Assembly (NCBI RefSeq): GCF_030684315.1
Contig: NC_081391.1
Span: 20,916,629-20,980,628 of the forward strand
DNA from: Stegostoma tigrinum
Lineage: Eukaryota
DNA: 64,000 nucleotides
Direction of reading: 5' to 3'
Of the stretch, positions 33,654 to 50,429 are shown one piece after another; within the stretch, counting starts at the first letter, position 1; each line of letters begins with the position of its first letter. The notes under the pieces are model-generated. The model ran no database searches and was not told the DNA's origin. It worked only from the letters and a program-made list of their open reading frames with translations. The translations under genes and the position numbers were made by a program.

Positions 33654-35732
33654 ATGGGGTCAATAATGTGAATGTTGTACATGGTGACATAATGCTAGTA
33701 ACTTGGTTGTGCTCTGAGCAAATTAAAATAGTGTTCACCATGCAACTGAGTACTTTGCATAATTTCACAGCTGTTTCTGGCTCTTGGTATTGCTGTTTGA
33801 CACCTGATCATGAAGTGTTTTTCTGTTCTGATTAACCTTTGATTCAATGCCTGCCCCACTGGTTTGCTCCTTTTCTCTTGTTTGTAGGAATTAGGTGGGC
33901 AATCCTTGTAGTGGAAATTCCACAAGTGTTCAGTTTGGGTTTTTTGGCTAGTAAGCAGTGTTGTATTGACTTTTTTATTCCAAACCAGCTTCTGGTCAAT
34001 ATCTTCAGTGAAACCAGCCCCCTGTCTCAATGTTAGACACTGCCCTTGCAAAGGTTGAGGTCTCTTTTGTAAATAAGCAGGGGCAGGAAATAGCAGGTTT
34101 GGGGAGCATCTGTGGAGAGAAAACTGTTCAGTCCCAGGACCCAAGCTTTCCAGCAATTTTGTTGTCGCACTTCAAATCTAATGATTTGAGCATACATTCA
34201 CTCTTTTTGGAACAGGAATATATATAGCAGAACATCCAGCATTTCAGATGCACTGATCTTTAGCATTTAGATAAGCAATTGTGTCCAGACCTCGGAAATT
34301 GGTTTCTCTCTTTTGCTGCGGTGGTGGAAGGAGTGAGGGCAGTGGCTGTTTGTAGGAGAATGGCAAAGTTTGTTTTCTTGTGTATCAGTCTCTCTGCTTC
34401 TAGACAATGATCCTGATTAGGTAATGAAGCAGTCCCCACCTTCGAGCCCCTGTGGTAGAACTTCTATCACTTCTCTGCAGTCTAAGGACGCCAAATGCTC
34501 ATGACACCAGGAGAAAATAAAGCTCGAACCCAAATGCCACTGGCAGAAATCAGCAGTTCCTATTCTTAGCAAGGAAATAAGCTCTCCTTATGTAGATTGA
34601 CTGACTGGAATGTACCTACACCTGCAGAGCACTCTGGCTGCCTAATTACTGATGCTCAGGGGTGACAGATTCCTTTATAAAAAGGATGAGGATGTCTCTG
34701 AGCTGACACCATTTATTTATCCATTTCCGATTGCCCCCCGCCAAAGCCAGGTCAGAGTCTCACGCTTTGCTGTGGTTGCAGTGTCATATGCAGGCCAGAC
34801 TAAGTAAGGATGCATTTTTGACACTGAATTTAATGCTCCTCATCAGTTTCTTAATTCTAGAACTCCAGAGAGTTGTTGCACAGAATTAGAAGATCAGTCC
34901 ACCACTCCAGAAATGTGATGGCCTCCCGCTCCCACCAGCCACGAGATTCATTCTTTGCACCACTGACACACACAGAGTACACTGTGTACTGCCTCCCAAA
35001 AGCTGTAGAAATCCACCATCGCTCCTGAGACAATACTTTCCATAGCCCTAATTACGTGCCATGGGAGAAAGGCATCTGATACAGGGGAACACCACCCCCT
35101 CTAACTACTCCACCAAGCTACATGCCATCCTGAGTTGGAAACGTGACCCGCCATGCTCCAGTGTCGGTGGATCAGAATCCTGGAATTCCCTCACTCGGAA
35201 CATTATGGATCTGACGACAGCAAATAGGCAACAGCAATTTAAGAAGGAAAGCCACCACATTCTCTCATGGTGGGCCTGATCTCAGACCGGGTCCAATACC
35301 TCTGGATGGGCCTTCTTTTGTGAAATTGTCAAGTCCTAGTTCAACCCCATCTGGAGTGCACTGTTCCAGTAGGTTCAATCCAAAGATGCTTATGCACAGA
35401 ATTTCTGGAATGAACCTGGGCAGAAAGTTAATTGGCTACGATGATAATAGTTTTCCCAAGTCTCTCGGTGTAGAAGTGGAAGGGATGTCTGTGCTTGAAA
35501 TTTACAAGTGGATTCATGGATTTGATAGGGTAGACAGAGAGATCCTGCTTCTTTTCAATTCCATTCCAGGACCGAGAGTGGGGAATATAATTACATTCCT
35601 AGCAGTAGAAGTAAGTCATCCATGATAAAGCAAAAAACAGCTGCTTTTTGGAAAGGATAATATGTGAATGAGCAGTTAGATATTTATTCGGTAAGATATT
35701 GATGTTGCCAATCACTTTCCCATTGCAACATA

Positions 35733-36894
35733 TGACCAAACAGGTAGATGAGAGAAAACCGGTTGATGTGGTGTTATGGATTTCGGCAAGGCTTTCGATT
35801 AGGCTATTGTACAAAATGTGGAGGAATGGGATTGTGGGAGATATAGCAGTTTGGATCAGAAATTAGCTTGCTGAAAGAAGACAGGGTGGTGGTTGATGGG
35901 AAATGTTCATCCTGGAGACCAGTTACTCGCGGTGTACCGCAAGGGTCCGTGTTGGGTCCACTGCTGTTTGTCATTTTTATAAACGTAGAAGGATGGGTTA
36001 GTAAATTTGCAGACGACACGAAGGTCGGTGGAGATGTGGATAGTGACGAAGAATGTTGTAGGTTACAGAGAGACGTGGATAAGTTGCAGAGCTGGGCTGA
36101 GAGGTGGCAAACGGAGGTTAATGCGGACAAGTGTGAGGTGATGTACTTTGGTAGGAGGATCCGGAAGGCAAAGTACTGTAAGATTCTTGGTAGTGTAGAT
36201 GAGCAGAGAGATCTCGGTGACCATGTACACAGATCCTTGAAAGTTGCCACCCAGGTTGACAGGGTTGTTAAGAAGGCCTAGAGTGTTTTAGCTTTTATGA
36301 ATCCAGGGATCATGTTCCGGAACCAAGAGGTTATGCTGCAGCTGTACAAAACTCTGGTGCGGCCACACTTGGAGCATTGCGTACAGTTCTGGTCACCGCG
36401 TTATAAGAAGGATGTGGAAGTTTTGGAAAGGGTGCAGAGGAGGTTTACTAGGATGTTGCCTGGTATGGAGGGAAAGTCTTACGAGGAAAGGCTGAGGGAC
36501 TTGAGGCTGTTCTCGTTAGAGAGAAGAAGGTTGAGAGGTGACTTAATTGAGGCATATAAGATAATCAAAGGGTTAGACAGGTTGGATAGGGAGAGCCTTT
36601 TCCCTTGGATGGAAACGGCGAGCACGATGGGGCATAGCTTTAAATTGAGGGGTGAAAGATATAGGACAGATGTCAGAGGTAGTTACTTTACTCAGAGAAT
36701 AGTAAGGGTATGGAACGCTTTGCCTGCAACGGTCGTAGATTCACCAACTTTAAGTACATTTTAAGTCGTCATTGGACAAGCATATGGACGTACATGGAAT
36801 AGTGTTGGTTAGATGAGCTTCGGATCGGTATGACAGGTCGGCACAACGTCAGGGCCGAAGGGCCTGTACTGTGCTGTAATGTTCTATGTTCTAT
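35733..36894 (+). mobile_element. Duplicate of the 28879-30040 CR1 LINE (copied by segmental duplication)
   Basis: Same element, same TSD AACATA (35727-35732 and 36895-36900) and same flanks. The ORF is split by a stop at ~36279. Confidence 0.92.
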
Positions 36895-36900
36895 AACATA

Positions 36901-37651
36901 AAAGATTAATGCATTTTGGTTGAGAAACATAGAAAGACAAAACAGGCTCGATGTTACAAATCTGAGGTGAGTACGGGAGCAGAGGGACTTTGGGTTTCAA
37001 GTATGTGATTATCTGAAAGTGGCCGAGCGGGACTAACCTGCTATGAAGAAGGCTTTTGTGAAATGTGTGTTTTCAAATAGATGCGGAGAGTATAAAAGCG
37101 AGGAATAGATGTTACACCTCCACAAATCATGGGTTAGACCACATATGCAGTACTGTGTTCAGTTCTGGGCATGGTATTTAAGGAAGGACATTAAAGCCCT
37201 CGACAGAGTTCAAAGGGCATTTACGAGAATGACACCAGGAATGAGGGATTTTAGATACAAGGAAAGATGAAGGAAATTGGGATAAATCTCCTTGAAGCAT
37301 AGTTGATTAAGAGGTGTCCCCGTTGAAGTGACAAAAATAATGAACATTCTGTCAGGGTAAAGGAGGATATCCTGTTTTCACCAGTTGATACGGCAGTGAT
37401 GAGGGGTCACAATTTGTCAGTAAGGGAGCTCTGAGATGAGGACAAACCTCTCTATTCAGAAGGTTGTTAGGATTTGGAATCTGATGCCTGGGAGAGTGGC
37501 GGAGGTAGATCCCATAGGTGGCTTCAAAACAAGAGCTGGATATATACTTGGGAGTGACGAATATAGAGGGTATAGGGCTGGAGAGGGGGACTAGGTGGGT
37601 AGCTCTTTCGGAAGCCGATACGGACATGATGGGCTGAATGGCCTCTGTCGT
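36901..37651 (+). mobile_element. Old decayed CR1 LINE 3' end (duplicate of 30047-30797)
   Basis: Near-identical to 30047-30797. Confidence 0.65.
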
Positions 37652-38101
37652 TAAAAATCCTCTGAATGTCCACCCAGGAACTTTTGTAAATTTTGGGTTT
37701 GTATTCCTCTCAGTCTTAAATGTCCAACCCAGTCCTCTTACATCAGGATACCCTGATCCTGGACTCCCCCATCATTGGGAACATCCTTCCTGTCCTTGCC
37801 CCGTCTGATCCTGTCACAGTTTTCTATGACCCAGAGCCAATTTGCCACCTTTCTGTCTCATATCCCAGCACAACAGGCTGAGAAACTGACACCTCTTCTT
37901 CATTGACTTCCTCGTGCAGTTTGTCACAACCACCTTAATTTAGAAACAAAATGTTAAAGCTTTTTTCAATTGCCAGTCATCATCAGTTCTGCCCTTCTCT
38001 GCGTCAGTGCGGGATGGCCCCCAGGAGTATAAATACAGAGCTTGTCGGGGAGCAACTCAGTTCTAGGGTGGTCTTGGTTTTAATGAACAAGGCTAGTGAT
38101 G

Positions 38102-40242
38102 ATGGCCTCCCAAGCGTGTCAGAACTACCACAAGGACTGTGAGGATGCTGTTAACAAACAGATCAACCTGGAGCTCTATTCCTCCTATGTTTACCTCTCC
38201 ATGGTGAGACTTGTGATCTTGAATGGTCTATTTCAGTGTTAGGGCTGTGATATGATTGTACTAATCATTTACATCCTTGTGGAAGCCTGCATCAGTCCAA
38301 ATCTAACTTTTTATATCTTGTCCTTTTAATGAAGCCTTTTTTTTAATAAGCATCCTAACTGTGATTAACTCCTGGAAATAAAAGACTAAAATGAGCTGCT
38401 GGAAAAGCTTAGTGGGTCTGGTAGGATCTGTGGTGAGAAATCAGTTCCTGTTTTTGGTCCGGTGACCTTTCCTTCATGGTTTTTAGTTGCTACTTATGAG
38501 GAGCAGACTTTTTCCACTCCCAAGATGGATTATCTGGAACAAAAATCAGTCACTGTCTCTTGTGCAGATGAGGTGTTAGGACAGTGGGGCTAAATCAGAT
38601 GAGTGATGTTGGTAATGTGAGGAGCTCAGATTTCAGCTTCTCTTGGTCAACATGCACATGCCCCTTCATTCAGTTGGACAATGCCCTGATTGGCTTCCAG
38701 CACTGGGTAATAGTGTTTCTGACCTGCAGTGCAGGGATGTCTAATGCCTGTTGCCAGCTGTGACCGTCACCGTGCACTGTCTCACCAAGTCACCTACCAG
38801 GGGTTGTAGCGGGTGCTACTTAATCTTTATTTCTAGATGTTTGAACAAATGTCTGTCTAGTTTAGTTTATGGATGACCATAAATGTAAATACCTGTCTTC
38901 TTACTGTCCATCTAACTTCCATTTCGTGAGCAAAACCAAGCTGAATTGAGTGAAATTTACTTCCCATTTTGTCTGTTTGCAGTTCTCTCTCTTTGACCGG
39001 GATGATGTTGCCCTCCATCACTTTGCTGAGTTCTTCAAGGAGCAGTCCCATGAGGAGCGGGAACACGCTGAGAAACTGATGGCATTCCAGAATAAACGTG
39101 GAGGCTGAGTCCTCCTGCAGGACATCAAGGTTGGATTCTGAGAATGTCTGTCTGTTTGCAGCTTTTTGAGCAGCTACAATCGACTGGTATCTCCATCTAT
39201 TTAGCTTCAGGATTGATCAAATACTATGTCAAGGGCAAGTTGTTCACCAAAACAGGATTTGTTTAGGGAAAAGGGAAATACTTTGCATTTGTGACTCAAT
39301 AGCAGAAGGCAATTCAGATGATCCAGGCTACTGGATGGTGAGCACATGTCCCTGTATGTGACTCTATATGGACAAGGTGAGGTAACAAAAGGTAAGGCTG
39401 AGAACTTGCAGCTACAAAAAGCAGCAGCATCCAACCTCACTACATCCAGAAGAGGTTTGTAATGCCTTGGGACCATTCTGGTCACTACATCAAACAGTAA
39501 AGCAAGGGATTACTTCCATTGCGACTGATTCTAGATACGACTTCTTTCAGAATTCACAGTAACAGTGGGATATGTTAACATTTCTTTATTCTCAGACCAG
39601 CATAAAATCTAGAGGGTTTTTGTATCCAAGTAAAATTTTTTGTCTGAATGTAACCCCTGGAAATGATGAGGGATAACTAACTGATCAGATGTAGACTAAT
39701 GATACAACTGCCTGCTGAGCTGTGCTTTCTGTTCCTGCTTCCCTCCCTCCAGAAGCCAGAGCAGGATGAGTGGGGCAATGGTCTGGAGGTGATGCAGAGA
39801 GCTCTGCAGATGGAGAAGGATGTGAACCAGAGTCTGCTGGATCTGCACAAACTTGCCTCTGACCACATAGACCCTCATGTGAGGTTTTATCCCTTTCCTG
39901 GAAGAAAGTGATCTGTTTGTGTACTTCCAGGGTGGGGAATCCAATTATTTTTCTATCTGCCTCCTGCAGGATGTTTAAACAAAACCTTGTGAAGGCATCA
40001 CTTGCATGCCCCTCCCCCATAGTGAGGTGATGGTCACTTCTGTCATGGGAGGTCACTGACATTTTTTGATCCTTGTTGGATTAATTTTGTCTTCCAGCTG
40101 TGATTTCATGGAGAGGCACTACTTGGATAAGCAAGTGAAGATGATCAAGAAGCTGGGAGATCACATCACCAACCTGAAGAGACTGGGAGCCCCTGACAAT
40201 GGCATGGGAGAGTACATGTTTGACAGGCTGCCACTCCGTTGA
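38102..40242 (+). pseudogene. Ferritin H/M-type pseudogene, copy 7
   Basis: Exons 38102-38203, 38983-39129, 39753-39878, 40098-40242. Same TGA as copy 6 at 39106-39108, plus a 2-nt deletion at the start of exon 4 giving TGA at 40101-40103 and several extra substitutions. Confidence 0.9.
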
Positions 40243-42637
40243 ATGGGGTCAATATCTATATCTGTTGTACATGGTGACCTCATTCTACTAAATGACTAGT
40301 TGTTCTCTGAGCAAATTAAAAGAGTGTTCACCATGGAACTGAGTACAGTGTGTAATTTTCATAGCTTCTGGTTCTTGGAGGTTTTTTGTGTTTTAACATC
40401 TGGTAATCAAATCCATTTTCTGTTCTTTCTTGCAACCTTTGATTCAATGCCTGCCCCAGTAATTTGCTCGGTGTTTGCTTCTGCTGAGCGTCTGTCTGTA
40501 GGGATTGAGTGGGCAATCTTGTCCTTGGAAATGCCACAACTGGCAAATATCTGCATTGCAGACAATGCCAGAACAAAATCTGTCCTCAGCTTTCCCAGGA
40601 CAATTTTTCAGGACCAGCTTCGGCTCAAAACCATGACTGAAATCTGTCCTGTGCCTAAACATTAGGCATTGCCAAGGCCTGTCCATTCATTCAATCTTCA
40701 GCATTTTTGGAAAAACCAAGCTGACACTGGAAACCAGGAACAAAAGCTGCTGGGAAATCTCAGGTTTGGTAGTGAGAAGTGTTGAACAGAACCGGGACAC
40801 GAGACACGTGTTTATCTCTTGACTGATTTTGTTGCCAGGCCATGAGGTGTTTTGCACCTACTTGTTCTCTTGCTTAAATCCTACTGACTTTAATAGGTCA
40901 CAAAATTCCTCATTACAAGGATATAAAGTTGACCAATCGTGCAAGGTACACCTGCTTTTCTGCAATTGCTTACCATTTACATGTTTCCTGAGCTAGAGAA
41001 TTGTTTCTCTGGTATGTCCTTTCCATTCAGTAGAATGAAAGCTCTGCTTTCTCCCTGACAATGCTAATGACTATGGCCTCTATTAGGCAATGAAGCAGTG
41101 CCCACCTTCTAAAGCATCTGCTGTAACTCCTGTCCTTGCTCTGCAATGCAAAGGTGACAAATGCTGAGGACACCTGATGACAATAAAGCAAAAACCAAAA
41201 TACCACTTGCAGAAGTCAGTAGTTCCAATTTCCTTTACATTTAATTGTGAAGAAAATCAGCTTTCTGATGTAATCTGGCCTCCATGTGGCTCCACACACG
41301 CTGCATTGGGTCTAGCTCATTGCTGTCAATCACAATCAGTCACTGGTTTCTAATGGGTGACCACTGACAATTCCTTGACAGGATAAGGATGTCACTGACC
41401 AGGCAGCATTTATCCTCTGTCTGAACTGCCCATGGGCCCATTAGTCAACTACAGTGCTTTAGGCTTGGTGTCATATACTGGCCAGACCAGGTAAGGATGG
41501 CAGTTTGGCAGTTCCCTTCCCTGAATGACTTCAGTGAAAAGGATATTTTATTCAGACTAGGAATTGCATGCTCATTTTTAGGTTCATAATGCCCAAAGAG
41601 AGTTTTTCAGACAGAATCAGGACAATGGGCCTCAGTCCCACACTCCAGAAGCTTAACAGTTGCCAGCTCAGAGCAGCCACGAGATTCACTCCTTCCACCA
41701 CTGACACACAGGGACTGCAATGTGTACTATCACCAAATGTTGCAGAAATCCACCAAAGCTCCCTAGACAACACCTTCCAAAGCCCCCATTACTTGCCATG
41801 GGACAAGGGCAGCAAATACATGGAACACAACCGCCTCTAAGTTCTACACCAAGCCATTCACCATCCTGAGTTGGAAACATGGTCCCATTCCCCTAGTGTG
41901 CTGGATCAGAATCCTGGAATTCCCTCCCTAACAGCATTGGGGATCTGCCTACACCAAATGGGCAACAGCAATTCAAGAACGCAAGCCACCACATTCTCTC
42001 ATCTAATGTTAGGCCTGATCTCCGAGGGTTTCAACTACCTCTGGCTGATGGTTCTTTTGTGAAATTGTCAAGTTCTAGCTCAACCACAGCTGGAGTGCTC
42101 AGTTCTAACAGCTTCGACCCAAAGATGGTTATGCACAGAATTTCTGGAATGAACTTGGACAGAGAGCTGGTTCATTGATGATAACGGTTTGTCCCAGTCC
42201 CTCTGTGTAGAAGGTTAAGGGATGGCTGTGTTTGAAATTTCAAAGAGGATTAATGGATTTGACAGAGTGGACAGACAGAATCTGTTTCTTGTCTATGGTC
42301 ATTGAGGACTGTGTGCAAAATAGGATTATAATTTTCACATTACAACTAAATCATCCAGGATAGTGTCAAAAACAGCTTCTTTGTGGAGAAGATAATATGT
42401 GCACGTGCTGTTAGATATTTATTGGGTAAGGCTTGACTTTGACAATCACTTTCTAATTTCAACACTAAAAATATGTGAATAACACATTTTGTTTGAGAAA
42501 CATAGAAAGACAAAACAGGCTCAATGTTCCAAATCTGATGTGAGTACAGGAGCAGAGAGACTTTGGGTTTCAAGTATGTGATTATCTGAAAGTGACCAGC
42601 CAAGATGATGCTGTTATTGAGAAGGCTGTGGTGAACC

Positions 42638-43826
42638 AAGCATGTGGATGAGGGAAGGGCAGTTGACGTGGTGTACATGGACTTCAGTAAAGCCTTTGAT
42701 AAGGTTCCACATGGTAGGCTATTGGAGAAAATACAGAGGCAGAGGATTGAGGGAGATTTAGCAGTTTGGATTAGAAACTGGCTTTCTGTGAGAAGGCAAC
42801 GAGTGGTGGTTGATGGAAAATATCCAGCCTGGAGTCAGGTCACTCGTAGTGTGCCTCAAGGATCTGCTTTAGGACCACTGCTGTTTGTCATTTTTATAAA
42901 TGACTTGGACGCAGGCATAGGTGGATGGGTTAGTAAGTTTGCAGATGACACTAAAGTCGGTGGAGTGGTGGACGGGGTGGAAGAATGTTGCACGTTGCAG
43001 GGAGACTTGGATAAACTGCAGAATTGGGCTGAAAGGTGGCAAATGGAGTTCAATGCAGATAAATGTTAGTTGATTCAATTTTGGGGGAATAACAGGAAGG
43101 CAGAATACCGGGTCAATGGAAAGATTCTTGGCAGTGTGGATGTGCAGATGGATCTTGGTGTCCATGTACATAGATCCCTGAAAGTTGTCACCAGGTTGAT
43201 AATGCTGATAAGAAGGCTTACCGTGTGTTAGGTTTTATTGGTAGAGGGATTGAGTTCCGGAGCCGTGATGTCATGCTGCAACTGTACAAAACGCTAGTGC
43301 GGCCTCATTTGGAATATTGCGTGCAGTTCTGGTCACCCCATTACAGGAAGGATGTGGAAGCATTGGGAAAGGTGCAGAGGAGATTTACCAGGATGTTGCC
43401 TGGTCTGGAGCGCAGGCCCAATGAAGAAACGCTGAGGGACTTGGATCTGTTCTCATTGGAGAGAAGTAGGCTAAGAGGGGATTTAACAGAGACATACAAG
43501 ATGATCAGAGGATTAGATAGGGTGGACAGTGAGAGTCTTTTTCCGAGGATGATGACTTCAACTTGTACAAGGGGGCATAGCTACAAATTGCGGGGTGATA
43601 CATTTAAGACATTTGTCAGAGGCAGGTTCTTTGCTCAGAGAGTGGTAAGGGCGTGGAAAGCACTGCCTGCCAATGTAGTTAACTCAGCCACGTTAGGGGC
43701 ATTTAAACAGTCCTTGGATAAGCATATGGATGGTGACGTGATTGTGTAGGAGGTGGGGCTTGGATTAGCTCACAGGTCGGCGCAACATCGAGGGCCGAAG
43801 GGCCCGTTCTGCGCTGTATTGTTCTA
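42638..43826 (+). mobile_element. 5'-truncated CR1-clade LINE, independent insertion from a different subfamily
   Basis: ORFs 42644-43069 (VDVVYMDFSKAFDKVPH..VPQGSALGPLLFVIFINDL..FADDTK) and 43225-43749. Tail tattgttcta. TSD TGAACC at 42632-42637 and 43827-43832. Confidence 0.92.
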
Positions 43827-43832
43827 TGAACC

Positions 43833-44420
43833 TTGTGTTTTCAAATTGAGGCATCGAGCATAAAAGCAAGGAATTGATGATACCCCTCTACAACTCATTG
43901 GTTAGACCACATTTGCAGTGATGTGCTCAGTTCTGGGCGTGGCTTTTAAGGAAGGGCATGCAAGCCCTGGACAGAGTTCAAAGGTGATTTATAATAATGA
44001 CACCTGGAATGGGGAATTTCAGACACACGGAAAGATTAAAGAAATAGCGCTTATTCTCCTTGGAGCAAGGAGCACTTGTTGAAGTGATCAAAATTATCAC
44101 CAATTCTGTCAGGGTAAAGGGGGATATTCTGTTTTCACCAGTGGATACGTTAGTGACGAGGGGTCACAATTTGTCAGTGAGGGAGCTCACAGTGAGAGGA
44201 GGAGAAACCTCTTCACTCAGAAAGTTGGTAGGGTTTGGTATGCGTAGCTGACAGGAGTGATGGACGCAGATTCCGTAGGTGGCTTTAGAAAAGCAGCTGT
44301 ATACATATATGGAAGTGGCAAATTTAGAGGGATACAGACATAGGGCTGGAGAGTGGGGCTGCGTGTGGAATGCTTTCAGAAACTGAATCAGGCACGATGG
44401 GCCAAATGGCCTCCTATCAT
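43833..44420 (+). mobile_element. Old decayed CR1 LINE 3' end, interrupted by the 42638-43826 LINE
   Basis: Continues the fossil that starts at ~42460. Confidence 0.6.
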
Positions 44421-45941
44421 TAAAAATCCTCTGCATGTTCCCCCAGGAAATTCTCAGAGTTTGGAGAGGGGCTTTGTACTCCTCTCAGTGGGCACCTGTA
44501 CAAGGCACCTTTAATGTGGGAAAGCTGTTACACATCAGCAGAGACATGGTCCTTTACACAAGGTAGACCCAGTTCCACTGGCAAAGAAATGTTGACTGGG
44601 GATCCCCCCACTGCTGACCTTCACCCACCGTCACAGCCAACGATAGCACACGCCTATCTTCCACCTGGATGGCCGTTGGGAACTTGTTTTGCATTGCACT
44701 TTACCAGGACCCTCCCCTCGATCGTACCGTCCTGGGTGGCCCTGCCAGGAGGTGAAATCCTCTTCAGGTATCACTCTCAGAACCAACAGAACACTCGAGG
44801 CTCTCCATCACTGCGAGGTGACAATCCACAGGCAGGAGCTGGAGGCAGGGAGATGCTGCTCAGGTACAGACCCATCACAGAATCGGAGAATTGTTGTGGC
44901 ACAGCAGGCGGCCATTCGGTCCTTTGTGCCTGTACCTGTTCTGGTTGTTTTCTAATTCTGCCTGTAGAGATGTTACAAAATCTCTGGATCTGGTATGGAC
45001 TTGGACCAAGGCTTCCTGGTCCACAGCTAGGGACATTACCCCTGCATCACAATACCCTGGCTGCACTGGTTGTACAAACTTAGAATCATCGAAAAAAAAT
45101 TGTTGGATTCGGCCATTCAGCCCCCTCCAGACTGCTCTGCCATTCCATGTGATTGTGGCTGATTCCATAACTCAGTCCCATCTTCCCACTCTCTCTCCAT
45201 ACTCTTTGATCCCTTCAGCCCTCAAAGCTACACCCAACTGCTCCTGGAAAACATTCAAAGTTTTGGCCTCAAATGTTTTCTGTGGCACAGAATTCCACAG
45301 GCCCCCCACTCTCTCGGTGAAGAGATTTCTCCTCATCTCAGGCCTAAATGTGTACTTAGGCTGTGACCCCTGGTCCTGAACTTTTCCATCATCAGGAACA
45401 TCCTTCCTGTCTTTTCCACAGCTGACACTGTTACAATTTTCGATGACCCCGAGCCAATTTCCCACCTTTCTTTCCCAAATCCCAGCACAACAGGCTGAGA
45501 AACTGACACTCCCCTTCCTCAATGAGTCCCTTCTGCAGTTGATCACAACCACCATAATTTAAAAACAAAACGAGCAATCTTTTCTCAAACCATATTTACT
45601 TCTTTTAAAAAAGAACCAAATGACCTATGACCTGATTGAGTGGTGCAGAAGGTTTGAGATGCCGAATGGCCTCCTGCTGTTCCAATCACAGAATAACCAT
45701 CCAGACCTGGCTCTCATCTCCACCTCTGATCAGCTCTGCTTAACACACCCTCCCCCTCTCTCTCATTGGTGCCTCTATGCATGGGTGGCTCCTGATTGGC
45801 TAGCAGCAACTGTCAGTCATCATCAGTTCGGTCTCCCTCTGGGTGAGTGCCGGTTGTCTCAGGAGTAGAAACACAACAGCTTTGGGGATTGAGGCCTTTG
45901 TTCCAGAGTTGTCCTTGTGATTGTGAGCAGGAATAGTGAAG

Positions 45942-48329
<2,388 letters not shown>

Positions 48330-50429
48330 ATGGGGTCAATAATGTGTATGTTGTACATGGTGACATAATGCTAGTAACTCGGTTGTGCTGAGCAAATCAA
48401 AATAGTGTTCACCATGGAACTGAGTACTTTGCCTAATTTCACAGCTGCTTCTGGCTCTTGGTATTGCTGTTTGCACATCTGATCATTAAATCCTTTTCTG
48501 TTACTTCTGATTAACCTTTAATTCAATGCCTGCCCCAGTAGTTTGCTCCTCTTTTGTCGGTACGAATTCAGTCAGCAATCAATGTAGTGGAAATCCCACA
48601 AGTGTTCGGGTTTTTTTTCAGTACAACACTGTTTACTAGCCAAACAACTTTTCAGGACCAGCTTCTAGTCAATAGGCAGGGGACTGGTCTCAGTCAAGCT
48701 AAGTGTTGGGAACTGAACTGGAGCCCTGCCCTGTGCAATGTTCAGGTCTCATTGGAATAAGCAGCTGCAGGAAATCTCAGGTTTGGCTGCACCTGGGGGA
48801 AGAACTGTTCAGTGCCAGGACCTGAGACACATTATCATCTCCTGACAGATGTTGCCACACCTGTGACTTTTTCTAGCACTTGGAGTCTAATGATTTGAGC
48901 ATACATTCACTTTGCAAACAAGAATATAAAGTAAAAAAAATTTAGCCTGGAAGATGCACTGATCTCTTTAGCAATTGCTTATCTACAAAGGATACAAGTG
49001 GTTTTGCTCCCATTTCCTTTGCTCCTTTATCACTGGTGGAAGGAGTGAGTCTCATGGCTGCCTGTAAGAGAATGAGAAAACTTGTTTTCACTTGTCTCAG
49101 GCTCTCACGCGTGCACTCGCCAGAGAGAATGACCTGTTAGTCAAGGCAGCAGTGCCCATCTTGGAGCACGTGTGGCACAACTTCTCAGTGCTCTGCAACG
49201 TAAAGATTACATAGGCTAAGAACACCAGGTGAAAGTAAAGTTAGAACCCAAATACCACGAGGAGAAATCAGCAGTTCCAATCTTTAGCTCTTTATTTTCA
49301 ATGAAATCAGCTCTCCTGCTCTCAACTGACCTGCATGTGCCAGCACATGCACTGCTCTGTGCCTGCCTTGTTCCTGATGTTCAGGGGTGACAGTCTCCTC
49401 TATTAAAAGGATGTGGATGTCTCGGAGCTGACAGCATTTATTATCCATTTCAAATTGCCACAAGGCCAGGTCAGAGGTGCACACATCGCTGTGCTTGCAG
49501 GGTCATATGCAGGCCAGGCTCGGTAAGGATGGGTTTTTGACACTGAATTGAATGCTCCTCATTACCTTCTAAATTCCAGAGCGGTGTCAGATAGAATCAG
49601 GAGATCAGGCCAACACTCCAGAAACTTGATGGCCTCCAGCTCCAAGCAATGATTGTCAAGCTCATTATTAGGTTCTATTGCCAGAAGAGAGTTGTTCAGA
49701 CAGAATCAGGTCAACGGGTATCGGTCCAACACGCCAGGAGCTTAAGAGCCTCCAGCTCAGAGCAGCTGCGAGATTCATTCTTTCCGCCACTGACACACAG
49801 GGACTACAATATGTGCCGTTTAACAAATGCTGTAGAAATCCACCAAATCTTCTTAGACAACACCTTCCAAAGCCCCCATTCATCTAGTGTTGGTGGATCA
49901 AAATGCTGCCATTGCCTCACCAGGAGCATTGGGGATCTGCCTCCACTAAATCAACAACAGTTCAAGAAGGCAAGCCACCACATTCGCGAATCTAATGTTA
50001 GGCCTGATCTCGGACCAGTTCAAATATCTCAGCGTGGAGGTTCTTTTGTTCTAGTTCAAACATATCTGGAGTGCACAGTTCGAGCAGGTTGGACGCAAAG
50101 ATCGTTATGAACAGAATTTCTGGAATGCCCCCGGACAGAAAGTTAATTGGTTACGATGATAATACTTTGCCCAAGCCCCTCTGTGTAGAAGTGTAAAGGA
50201 CGTCTGTGCTTCAAGTTTCAAAGTGGATTAATGCATTTGACAGGGTACATAGAGAGATCCTGCTTCTTTTCAATCCTCATCTAGGACTAAGAGTGGGGAA
50301 TATGATTACAATCCTCGCATTAGAAGTAAATCATCTATGATAAAGCCAAAAACAGCTTCGTTTTGGAAAGGATAATATGTGAATCAGCAGATACATTTTT
50401 ATTTGGTCAGATTTGATGTTGCCAATTGC

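Larger units (their letters stand above)
26223..39661 (+). repeat. Recent tandem segmental duplication (26223-33075 and 33076-39661)
   Basis: Constant offset of ~6853 nt (e.g. ORFs 26260/33113, 28207/35061, 31097/37951). The second unit is ~268 nt shorter because of an intron-1 deletion at ~38262. Confidence 0.9.
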
